This document shows positions 36,044 to 47,700 of a stretch of 64,000 bases of DNA, one piece after another. The stretch lies in NCBI GenBank assembly GCA_001643675.2, contig LSRY02000016.1, positions 62,001 to 126,000 on the forward strand, given 5' to 3'. Both the position numbers and the translations under genes were made by a program. Below the pieces are notes generated by a model. The model was not told the origin of the DNA. It ran no database searches and saw nothing but the letters and a program-made list of their open reading frames with translations. Source of the stretch: Monocercomonoides exilis PA203. Its lineage: Eukaryota > Protista > Preaxostyla. Positions within the stretch are counted from its first letter, which is position 1. Every line of letters starts with the position of its first letter.

Positions 36044-37503
36044 ATGAATAAAAACGCAATTTGCAAAAGGAGCGCATTTAGACCTATGCCTGAAAAGGAC
36101 ATGAAATGCATCAATACGGATGTGATTTCAATCATGTTTGAAGAATGCGAGGGCAATAGAGAGGCAATTATGAAAAAAGCACTTGATCTTTTCGAAAATA
36201 GAGTGATAACAAAGAAAGAATTATTCGACTCAGGAATCATTCATAAAAGCAGATTTTTCAGGGCACTTTCAGCGAAATCAAAAGGAAGAGATGAATGCTC
36301 TCTTGGACGACCTCCTTTATTAAACAAACAAAATAAATCAGTTGTGAAAGAATCAATAAAGGAGGAAGTCATGCAAGGTGGATATCCTTGCACAACGCAA
36401 GTAAGAGAGATGGTATATTGTTATATTTTTTATTGTTTTATAATTTTTTCTTTCACTGTATTTACAGGCTCAATTGACAATATCTGAAAGTTCGGGGAAA
36501 CCGACGGATGAAAAAACTATAATCAAGGACATGACCCTATCGATTTTTGAATGATCAATCAGATTTGTTTTTCATACACCCAATTCAACTTCCAGCTGCT
36601 CGAGCAGCACACTCAACAAAAGAGTGTCTTGCTCCATGGTTCGAAAAAGAAAAATTATAATATGATGAGTTCAGGTATTCACCTGAACTCATTTTTAATC
36701 TTGATGAAGTATATTAATTTGTTTCTGATATCAGGCCTGTCAAAGTGGTAAATACTGAAGATGCAAGTGTACCCTTTGTACCAGAACCAGTCTTGCCTCC
36801 ATCAATTTCTTCTCTATTCCTTATTTCAGAAGATGGTGTGAGGTATCCTGTTGTAATAAAAATTCGAGCAAAAAAGCTCCCCATTGAATTTCAAAAAGCA
36901 AGCGAGCACCAGTTGAGATTTGAACTTGATGAAACTTGCGCAATGACGAAAGAAAGCTTTCAGATGATATTTGACAGAGTAATTATTCCCTCCTTTGTTC
37001 ACAGAAGAATTATAATAAATGAAAAGAACAAATACTGTTTACTGTTTATGGATTTTCTTGCAGCCCATTTGTCCCCTCAGATTATACAACAATCTTATAT
37101 TTATAACATTGACTTATGCTTCCCACCATCTCACACTTCACATCTTGTCCAGCCATTGGATCTATATGTCAACGCCACATTTAAAAATTCGCTGAGAACA
37201 ATGAATTATGAAACGCCTGATCCTTCTGCGAGTGAAAAAAGAAAATCATTTCTTGACAAATATATTAATTCATTACGCGCAGCATTCAAGTCTTCAACAA
37301 TAAAAGTTTCATTCAGAGATTCAGGAATATGTCCATTTAATCCAGAAATTGTGTTATCAAAAGTCCCTGAGAAAAGACCAGAATGGGAAAAAGTTTCAGA
37401 AAAAATTATGGATCCTTCAAAGCCTTTTTTTGCTGGAAAAATGTTTATATCGTCTCATCTAACTGATTACATTGATAAAGATGTTCACCCTAATTTTTCT
37501 TAA
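36044..37503 (+). pseudogene. Pogo/Tigger-like DDE_1 transposase pseudogene; intron 36413-36467
   Basis: GRPPLL (HTH region), IFNLDE, CLLFMD, PSHTSHLVQPLD, FRDSGICPFNP; one frameshift near 36537 and two TAA stops. Confidence 0.85.
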
Positions 37504-37567
37504 AAAATTTTTAAACCTATTTGTATTTTGACAATATTTTTTGCTCCTAATTTTTAGAAACATACAA

Positions 37568-37829
37568 TATGAGTGAATATATCTGAAATCATAACTTTTT
37601 TCGGTGTCACGAATTTTCACATGTTGTTTGTCATTGTGAAGTGTTTTCGTATTTAAATAATAAATTTCATCAAAGCCATTTCAAAAACAAATGTTTCAAC
37701 AGAACAAAAGATGAAAATATCTTTAACAAGCATTTTCACTTTTTACTATTCTTTTGTTAACGTTCAAGTGAGATTTTCGAATCGAAATTTTTGAATGAAA
37801 AAATCTGATGACAAAAATAATCACCCGTA
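37568..37829 (+). mobile_element. 262-bp TATGGG-TIR MITE, copy 3
   Basis: tatgagtgaatatatctgaaatcataactttt ... aaaaataatcacccgta|TA; 262 bp. Confidence 0.8.
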
Positions 37830-38471
37830 TAATAAAAAAAGCTTCATTATTTTCTAAATGTTCTTTATTTAATGAACGAAAAGATTAAAAACAGCTGAAG
37901 TTTATTCATTGTCCCGGATTTGTGACACACTATATGCCAAGAAAAAAAGGAAAAACTTTTCAATGAATGGGATGAATATAATGAAAAACACAAGATGAAA
38001 ATTGAAGAAATTGAAGAAAAAGAAAAGGAAATCGAAGAAAATGTTGAAAAGGAAAAGGAAATTGAAGAAGAAGAACCGCCTTTGGAGAAAAAAGTGAAAA
38101 GGATATTCATAACAATTAAGAATGATGACGATGAAACAAGTGATGAATTTGACCCCTTTGAACGTGAAAATGGAAAAAGAAAAGTTAAAAGAGTTATTTA
38201 TTCTTGTTTTGTATTTTTTTGATGTGTTTTTAATTTTTTTCATTTCAAAAAATTATGGTACCAATAAAGAAATAAGTTCCAATAAAAAGATGACCCTATG
38301 TGGCACGTAATAAAATTTTGTTATCCAGGATTTCAAATGATCTGAGAAGTAAAAATAGTTAGCTAATTGTAACCAGGTATAAACATTTGCATTGAACGTG
38401 CAAACCGAAATCACTGAGTTTAGAAAATAACAGAAAAATAAGTTTTATTTTAAAAAAATTGATAACCAATC

Positions 38472-39781
38472 CTATGAAGAATTCGAAGCAGCCTCATAAC
38501 ATAATATTTCTTGAATCTGTGTAATCAAAGATTGATTTTGCATTGCAAGGTTTGATTCATCAGAATAAATGGAGTTAGCTTCTCCAACAACACCTGGCTG
38601 TTCTATCTCTAAACGAGATGGGCCTTGCATCTCAGATAATTCACACTGTTGATTCAAAAATTGGTCTTGACGATGATCGACAGGGAGCTCTGGATTAATA
38701 TTTGACTGATGATAGTCCTGTAATTGCATAGAATGTTGATAAAAAGGTAAAGACACTCGACAAAGCTCCAAATCCAACGAAATTACAGATTTGTGAATGC
38801 AGCGAACACATCCGTCAACAAGAGCCGAGTAATACCTTTCATATGTATGTGGCGAAACATTAACGTCATACGTTAATAGATGCAAAATCAAGCGTTCCAT
38901 CTCATTTATCATCCGCAACGGTGCACGAAACGTCCTTGACCACCATCCATTTAAATATGGCTTGTCACCTTTATAAAATGGTCAATCAGTTATTATTTCA
39001 CACAATAATTATTAATATATTGAGAAAATCATTTGAAAATGCGAATGATCACGAAAATCACACATGAACACTTATGAGCAATCATCACTGTAACCAGAAC
39101 AACGAGAAATACATTTTCTTTGTTCAGCGCGAACCTTCCGTGCTGCCAATGCCGACGTGATAGAGAATCAATTAATGAAAGAGCCACGAGCAACTCTGAA
39201 GTCACTAATCCAGCATGATATCTAATCCCACATATAAATGTTGCCACTTCCCTTTGAGTTTTTAATTCTTCCGAATGATTTTCTGCTTCATCAATTGCTA
39301 ACTTGTTTGCTATTTCCATTTGAGTTTCGACAATATCAACCGAAACGGTTGAAGGGTTCGCAAAAGGTTGAAGTGATGTCGAATTATGAACAATGCTATC
39401 TGGAGAAATTAGATTTCGTACAGCATCACAATCATTGCACATTTCATTTGGAAACTGATATATCACAGGTGAGGAAGAAGTTGAAATTGACATTGCAGGA
39501 GATGTATGCATTTGTGAACTATTATCTACCACTTCACTTGACTGAATAGCAACAGGAGTTAAATGAACAACTTGCGCAATACCTTAAAAATAACGAAATT
39601 ATTACGAAATGTATCTTGTTACAAAAAATTACAAACAGTAAGCTGCAAATTCAATAACAACAGTTCGAACACAAGAATTCTCAAAAAAAACTTTTTCAGA
39701 AAGGACCTCAAATTGTTGATTCGGAGAAAACGAATATATCTCCTTTTTATCAGTTAGCAGCTGAAAAATGCTTGTATCCAT
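38472..39781 (-). CDS. PHO80/P(U)-type cyclin; exons 39781-39637, 39582-39064, 38968-38472
   Basis: Spliced cyclin box ELLVALSLIDSL...NVFLVVLVTVMIAHKCSCDKPYLNGWWSRTFRAPLRMINEMERLILHLLTYDVNV. Confidence 0.85.
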
Positions 39782-40084
39782 TCACTTTCGTGCTTTGTTC
39801 GAGTTTGTAAAAATTTTCAAGTACAACTGTTGCTTTTTTTCCAAATAGTGCAATGTTGCACGCATTGTAGTATTTGCTGTAGTTAAACATAAATCTTTTT
39901 TTCACATAATTTGTGAAAGTTCCACTTCAAGTTCATCAAAAATTAACATATGGGATCAAAGTTTTTGAGTTTATCATTTTTAATTTTTCAAATTACGTTT
40001 GCACATAGAAATTGTTAAACAGATTTTTTTGACGAAGTTTAACCATCATTTTTGTATAATGAGTTAGATCAAACATTTGTTGAG

Positions 40085-40662
40085 ATGATGGTACCTCAAG
40101 GAAGTCTAATGTTAAAAATCCTATGGATTTCATTATACGTGCAACTTGTTTGCATTATTTTCAATTGCATTTTATTAAAATTTTGTTTCTTTTTTTGAAA
40201 AGCTTCTTTCACTTGTAAATGCTTTTTTCATTTTAAATGACCGAAATGGATGGATAGCATTAATAGGAATTGTAACAATTTTAGAAAATAGCATTTTAGG
40301 TGTTCGACTATTTTGCTATACAGCAGGCATTTCTGGAGTCATTGATATTGTACGATGGGCACAAAAAAGTTTGAATAATATTTGAAAATTATGAATCTTT
40401 TCATTCTCTTTGTTTTTAATATTAAAATTATTATGCTGTTGTCGTTAAGATATGTACCATATTGATGGAATGATTCCTTTCACAGTTTTCACTGCAATAG
40501 AATTCGTTTTAAAAAGTGTGCTTAAATAATTGTTTCAAAGTTATAGCTAATCTTTTATAATAATTTTTCTAAATTTCAAAATTGATTTGTGTTTTTGCAG
40601 TTGGAAATGCTGTTATTTTCTTTTTAGTTCACAATGAAATTATGGCTGGTTCAAGAAAATAA
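40085..40662 (+). CDS. 118-aa small multi-pass membrane protein; exons 40085-40147, 40203-40368, 40450-40515, 40601-40662
   Basis: Four exons join in frame through GT-AG introns to TAA; 3-4 hydrophobic segments. Confidence 0.7.
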
Positions 40663-40973
40663 AAATCAAGCAATCAGTTATTTTTTGTTGAATCATTTGT
40701 TTTTTTATCGTTAGGAGCGTTGACGTTGCGCAATAATATTTGCTAATAATTTTTTAATGAATAAAAAAAAATAAATCACTTCATTATCAAACAAAAACAA
40801 ACAGAGTCGAAAATAAAGGAAAATATTATATAAAGGAAAGCCTAAAATTATTATAATTTATTTAGTGGAATCTGACTGTGAACGGAATAGAAATTTGAAT
40901 GGAGAAAATAAGTTGTGCATAAAAAGTGTTATGGTTATTAAGATCTTATCAAGAAAATTGTTTCTTCATCTTA

Positions 40974-43156
40974 ATGCAATATGACACCATAATTCAAGGG
41001 CTTAATGACATTCTAAGTGCTGCTCCTATATTTAAATTCAAACAGTTGAAGAACGAATGCGAGGAAATTCGCGGTTTTCATTCATTATTTCATTATTGAC
41101 TATTTACGTGTTTTTAACTTTATTTATTCAAGATCAAATTCTTTCAAAGAAGCCAAAAACCTGGTATGCTGCATAATAGAGTTTTCTTGAGATAATACTG
41201 AGCTTTTTAAACTTATTGAAGTTCACGTTCTCTGTTTGCTCCGATTCTTAATGGAATCGAAACAGGACATCAAAAGGTCACTATTGCTTCTTTAGGATGT
41301 GCACAGGTTAGAAAATTTTATTTTTATTAATTATTAACTCCAATAATGATGAAAATTGAAGAAATGGATTTCTGCAAATTTTATTGTTGGGTCATCTTCA
41401 ACTCATGGAAAAGATGAGGAAAGAAACCTAATAGATGTGCTTGTTGGATTGACAGAAAAATGTTCAAAGCTTCATTCCGATGGGATTCCATTTGCCTGTG
41501 CAACAGTGTGAATTTGCTGAGATTCATATATTGAAGATTATTTTTTTATGTTTGTTTTTTTTTTATAAAAAGCTCATTGTTACCCTTCTTTCTTCAGAAT
41601 GTCAGATACATGGAGATGTTCTATCCAGATGCATACTTTGCTACGTTAACGTGCATGTTAATCTTACAAAAAGAGAACAAATTGAAGGATCTCTTCGAGC
41701 AATTAGTCGTGTCTGCTGCTTGGAAATTGATAGATCCCTTGTTTCTGCTGCTGCAGAATATCATGCGCGATTAAGCAAAGAGAAGACAAGACGAACAGAG
41801 GAAAACAAAAACGAGTCTCAAAATGAGAAACCGCAACCTTTAGACACAAAAGAAAAAGAAGAAGGCAAAGAGTGGAGCAGTATTCCAACACAGCACTTCG
41901 AAGAAGCACAAAGCATAAAGTGTGAAGCTGATGGTATCGAAGGGAAATTAAAGAACGAGACAAAGCAATCCGCAACTCCTGATTCGCACAGCAAGAGCGA
42001 AGGAGCATCTCAAAAAGAGTTATCAGTCGAAAAGAAGCCTGCCCAGTCAGTTTTTGCTTCGTCTTCTGTGCTGTCGCCGTCTGTTGTCGAGTGGACAGGC
42101 TTCCGCGATGCAGTGTCTCTGATCACTTCTCTGTGCGATGGGCTTTCTGACTCATCTTCTGCGCTCTCTGCAGCTGCCGGCGGAGCACCGTCTGCGACAT
42201 TCTCCACCTCCACCAGCTACTCCACCTCTGCCCCGTACACAGACCCTTCCCTGAAGCGCAAGATTGTCGTATTCACTGCGCTGGCTGCTGTCTTCACGTC
42301 CTCAGAGCGCTGCAGCTTCATCCTCGACTCCTCAAAAATCCCCTTTTCGCCGCTGCCGCATCTGGCAGAAGGGCGGGTGATGGATGCAGTGATCGAGAAC
42401 ACAGGCGTCCCACACCCAGTCGTGCTCAGCCACGTCTTCTCCATCGCTGCAAAGATCCTCGTCTACAGCACAACCATCGCAGGCGCTGCTTCCACATCGC
42501 CTGCTGCACGCTCTGCTTCGAGCTTTCTTTCTCCTCCACCGGCAGATGATGTGGTGAACTCCTCATTCATTCATCCCTCGCTCTACGTCGATTGGCTGGA
42601 GACAGCTGCACACAAACAAGATATCACACTTTGTCATTCATCTTCATCATCGTCATCTTCTTCTTCCTCCTCCTCATCTTCCTCTGCATCAACTGCACTT
42701 ATTCGAGCAGACTCATCCAATCCCCTCTTTTTCGTGCCCACGGCGTGTCCTGCTCTTCCCTTTGCCCTCTCGTTCGGGTCGCTCTTTGTGGTGGTCGAAG
42801 ATCTGCTGTCGTCTCCCTCTGCTGCGCTGGACGTGGTGAAGTCCTCCTTCGTCACCCTCTTCGCCCAGCTCTGGTTCCGCGGCGATGTCCTCGCTGCTCT
42901 CTTCCGCGCCTTCGACGCAGAGTTCGGAGAGCAGACACACTTCGAGCGGCTCCTCGTGCTGCTCTGCCGATGCGCCAGCACCGCCTTCTCGCCTTCCACG
43001 TCGGCCATTTCTTCTTCCTCCTCCTCGGCTGCAGGGCAAGGGAAGGAGAAGGAGGTTGTCGTTGCGACACTCCCTGGCATCCCTACCTCACTCAACTTCT
43101 CCCCAACACCTCCTCCTGGCAATGCACATACGTCTGCACTAAATCCACAATTGTCT

Positions 43157-43187
<31 letters not shown>

Positions 43188-44701
43188 TTCCTTCTGCTGC
43201 TTCTGCTTCACATTCAGAAACAACTGATTCATCATCATCCTCACCACCATCACCATCATCTTCCTCTTCCTCTTCCACCTCTTCACCATCATCCAATGTG
43301 CCTCCTCGTCTGAACGAGGCTGAGGCTGTTGCTGTGTCTGCAGCTGATCTGCCGAGTGTCTCTCTCTCTGCTGTCTGTCTGGCTGTCCAGGCAACAGCAC
43401 AGTTCTGCGAGAGATTTGCAGTAGATGGATGGCGCATGTATGAGAAGGAGAGGAGCAGGAAAGAAGAGAGAGAGAGAGAGGACGATGAGAAGTCGCAGGC
43501 AGAAGTGCTGCCCACTCCGGCTGCTGGACAGACACAGCATCAGAATGGAATGCTCGCTGGCTCTTCATCTGAGCTGACTCTACAGCACACACGCAATCCT
43601 TCATCATCTGGCATTATTGGTTCATCATCATCATCGTCGTCTTCTTCTTCTTCTTCAATTTCATCTTCTGCCTCAGCTGCCAATGCCTCCGCAGCCTCAA
43701 AGCTGCTGACGACGTCTGCAGCTGTGGACGATCTGATGGAGAAGAAGAAGCTGACCGACCGGTTCATCATCCTCTTCAACATGAAGCCGAAGAAGGGCAT
43801 CCAGTTTGCTCTGAAGCATCACCTCTGCTCCTCCACCGAGCAGATGCAGCCAGAGGAGAACGCGCCTTCCATCGCAGGTAACGTGCAGCTCACGCCGCAG
43901 CTTGCGCCGTCCGTGGCGCGCTTCCTGTTTGACACGGCAGGCATTTCACGGATGCAGCTGGGGGACTACATGGGACAGAACGACCCGTTCAACCAGGAGG
44001 TGCTGAGGGAGTATGTGAAGTGCTACTCCTTCGAGAACATGGTGGTGGACGATGCGATGCGCAAGTTCCTCACCACGTTCCATCTGCCGGGGGAATCGCA
44101 GCAGATCTACCGGGTGCTCGAAGTGTTTGCGGCAGAGTATGTTCTGCAGAACCCAGACGAGTTTCCTGATGCTGACTCGTGCTTCATGATCGCATACCAG
44201 TCGCTGATGCTGCATTCGCTCGCACACCAGAAGAAAGTGCAGGAGGAGAACAAAAAAGGGTCAAGCAGCTCGTCGTCGATGCCGGAGTATGGCGGGATCA
44301 CGAAGCAGGTGTTTATCAACCAAGGGCAAGGGATGGGGAAGAGCGACGAGTTTCTGGGGGAGCTGTACGACAGGATACTGGCGAATGAGATCAAAGTGGT
44401 GGATGACGATGACGAGAGGAGGAGGCTGGCGATTGAGGAGGAGGAGAAGAGGATGGAGGAGAAGTGGAATGGGAGGAAAGCGGTGGAGAGGAAGAGGAGG
44501 GAGAGGGAAGAGGAGGAGCGGAGGATGAGGGCGAGGGTGATGGCAGAAAGGAGCAGAGATCAGAGGAGGAGAGAGAGGGAGCTGAGAGAGAAGCAGAAGA
44601 GAGAGGCACTCGCAAAGGAAAAAGAGGAGAAAGCAGGCGAAGTGTCGTTGGTGTCTCATTCATCTGCCTCTTCTGATGAAGCAACTTCATCATCATCTTC
44701 T

Positions 44702-44736
<35 letters not shown>

Positions 44737-47700
44737 ATCATCCTCCTCTTCCTCTCTCAACACCTTCGAAGCTGCCACACCCTGCCCGCTCTTCACCCCG
44801 TCCCATGCGCGCTCCATGCTCTCAGCAGCCTTCTGGCCAGCGCTGTCGTGTCTGATCCCTGCCCTCGACGCCACCCGCGACAACAGCACAGCCTCTGCCC
44901 TCTTGTCCTCCCTCGCTGCCCTCATCCGCGCTGTGTCCTTGCACAAGATGGACACAGAGAGAGACGCCCTCATCACTGCCCTCTGCAACTTCATCGGCTT
45001 TGCCTCGCCTGCGGCGTCTGACAGGCATCTGCAGTGGAAGCACACACAGGCAATCATCGTGCTCTTCAAGCTCTCTCGCCCCTTCTGCTCACTCACCATG
45101 AAGGCAGTCTATGACCCTTTCTTCGACACAAAGAGAGAAATGTGGCTGAGGAAGAAGCTGGCGAAGGGAAATGCCGGAGGAACTAAAAAACCTTTAGTGT
45201 CTACAACGCCTCCTCCATTTGCTGCATCTTCTTCATCTTCTTCTTCTTCCTCTTCCTCTTCCTCCTCATCTCATTCCTCCTCCTTCCCTGAGTCCACCTC
45301 GTTTGTGCCGACTGCCACGCGCCCTGCATATCTTGTGGACGAAGGCGGAGTGGGAGACTTTCTGCGGGTGCAGAACTGGAGGTGTGTCCTCCTTGTTGTG
45401 CTGCATCTGATTGCGCTGCATGAGCTGAAGGGGCAGCTCAGAGAAGACGACATCCACAACGCCTTCGCTGCCCTCTCACAGCCTGACGGAAGAGCAGAGG
45501 GCGATGGATCTGCAAGCAGTGTGTTGTTATTTATTAATTGAAAATTTGTCATTTTCTTTTAATATTCATATTTATTTATTTATTTATTTTGTTAATCACC
45601 TTTTTCCTTTCCTCACCAGTTGTCCGATCATCCCAATCATATTCCCAGTCCTCCTCCTTCCCTTCTTCTTCCTCCTCCTCCTCCAAAGCGCCTTCCAAAT
45701 CCCCCGTCAAGCCACCCCCAATCCTCAAAAGCCAACGCCAATCGAATGCCCTTCCACTCGTCCCCACAAACATCACTGTTGGGCGTGCCCTCATCCTCCG
45801 CCCCCTCTTCTCCCGCATCGATGCACCCCCCGTCCCCATCAGCCACGTCCACATTAATCCGCAGTTCAGCTTCGCCTCTTTCGTTCCTTTCTGCAAAGCT
45901 AACCTTGTCCCACTCATCCTCGCTGGTGACTCCGTCTTCGACGTTTCTGCCCCTTCTGCTCAGCTGGTTGATCCGTCTGTCACCACACAGGACTCAGTGG
46001 CTGAGGCATCTTCCTACTTCCTTTCTTACGTCCCCGTCCCTTCCTCCCGCTGCGCTGCCCACAATGCTGTCTTCCTATTCAACACACTCTCCCTCCCCTT
46101 CGACTTCCTCACCTCCTGCTTCGCCTTCTCTGCCCGTCTGGACTCTCTTTCTTACCTACACATGCTGTTTGCGCTGTGTGAGATGACCATTTTAGCACCT
46201 TCCTCTTCTCATCACACCCCTCTCCGTGTGACTGCCCTGCAGCGTCTGCAGGAGCTGCTCGCGCACAACTCCCGCCGCTCTCCTGCTGTGTGTGCAGCTG
46301 CTGCTGTGGTGTGTGCGTGGTTCCTGGAGAGGAACGTGAGGGACAGCAACAACCTGAACATGGCGATGCTTGCTGTCGTGACTGAGAGGCAGCTGGCGAC
46401 TGCTGCGCTGAAGAAGGCAGTTGGATTGGAAGGGAAGCAGAGAGGGCTGTGGGGCGGGTGGCAGGTGAAGGACGTGGTGGTTGATGGCAACGAAAGAAGA
46501 ATTAGCGACTTCTGCGGGGTTGTTCAGGAGGAGAAAGGAGAAGGCGCATCGGGTGAGAAGAATTCTGATGAGGCAGAAGCAACAACGGCAGCAGCAGCAC
46601 AACCGCTGCCTTCCGGCTTTGTCTCTCTCTCCACCCCAATCCATTCCCCCAAGCACTCTCCCTCTCCTTCTCTCTGCTCTTCTCCTCTTTCTGCGTCTTC
46701 CTTCTCCCTCCAGCCAATTACCTCTTCTCCCTCCTCTTCCTCTTCCCAATGGCCCCTTTCTTCTCTCCCTGATCTGCTCCAGCAGCAGCGTGCATACAAC
46801 CAGCATCTCCTCCAAAATGTGCCTTTCCCTCCCCTCCATCTTCTGTGCATTGATTACCAGCAGCTCCTCCTCCTCCCTCTCCTCTCCTTCGTCTCCGTCG
46901 GCTCCTGGTTCCCTCTCGCCGTCAACGACAGCTACTCTTCCTCCACTCTGCAGCTCGTCCTCTCCAAGTCCCACAGCAGGTCTCCTTCTCAGCCTCCTCT
47001 CACCTCTCAGCAGCTGCCTCAGACACAGCCCCAGCCCCACTGGCAGCAGACAGGCACGTTCCTTCAACCAGCAAAGGCGCCTCTGGCACTGACAGACGCT
47101 GCACAAAGAGAGCAGTTTATCAGCGAGATACAGAGAGCAATGATGGACACGCTGGCACAGATGCTGGAGCCCATCTATACATCTCAGCAGCGCCCTCTCT
47201 CTGCAAGCGATGTCAGAACATTGGCATTGAATGCTCCGAACACTTCTGCCAACAACAAGCAGAGTGGAGTGGATGCACAACCGACTTCTCCTTTGTCTCC
47301 TTCTAATTCTTCATCTTCATTATCTGCTTCATCATCTTCTTCTTCTTCTTCATCTCCTTCCTCTTCCTCTTCTCCTTCCTTCTCCCCTCCTCCTCTCCGC
47401 TCTATCGGCGCCCAGCTGAAGTCTGGCTGGTGTGTCGTGTTTGCTGTCTGCTCTGTTGTCAGCCAGAATCCAAAGATGAACCACAAAGTGTATCTCTTCC
47501 TGAACGACATTCTCCACCTGCCCCTTTCGCTGCAGACAGAAGAGTCACTCGAAGACGACGATGCTCTGCTGATGGAGCTGATGGAGGAGGAGGCAAGGAG
47601 AGAGGCAGAAAGAGAACAGAGAGAAGAGGAAGGCACAGGAGATGAGACTAAAAATAGCGATACCGACGCTCCAGCGCCTTTGAGCGATGAAGTCGAATCG

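Larger units (their letters stand above)
35933..38298 (+). mobile_element. Pogo-like DNA transposon (putative extent)
   Basis: 5' TIR-like tatgggtcattttt at 35933; candidate 3' end aaaaagatgaccc-ta near 38298 (weak); internal transposase. Confidence 0.5.

Noticed and set aside
32217-36718. In-frame TAA codons in transposases as evidence of TAA/TAG reassignment
   Set aside because: Host genes (RPS21, RPL22) end in TAA, multi-kb host ORFs contain no internal TAA/TAG, and the pogo-like copies also carry frameshifts.
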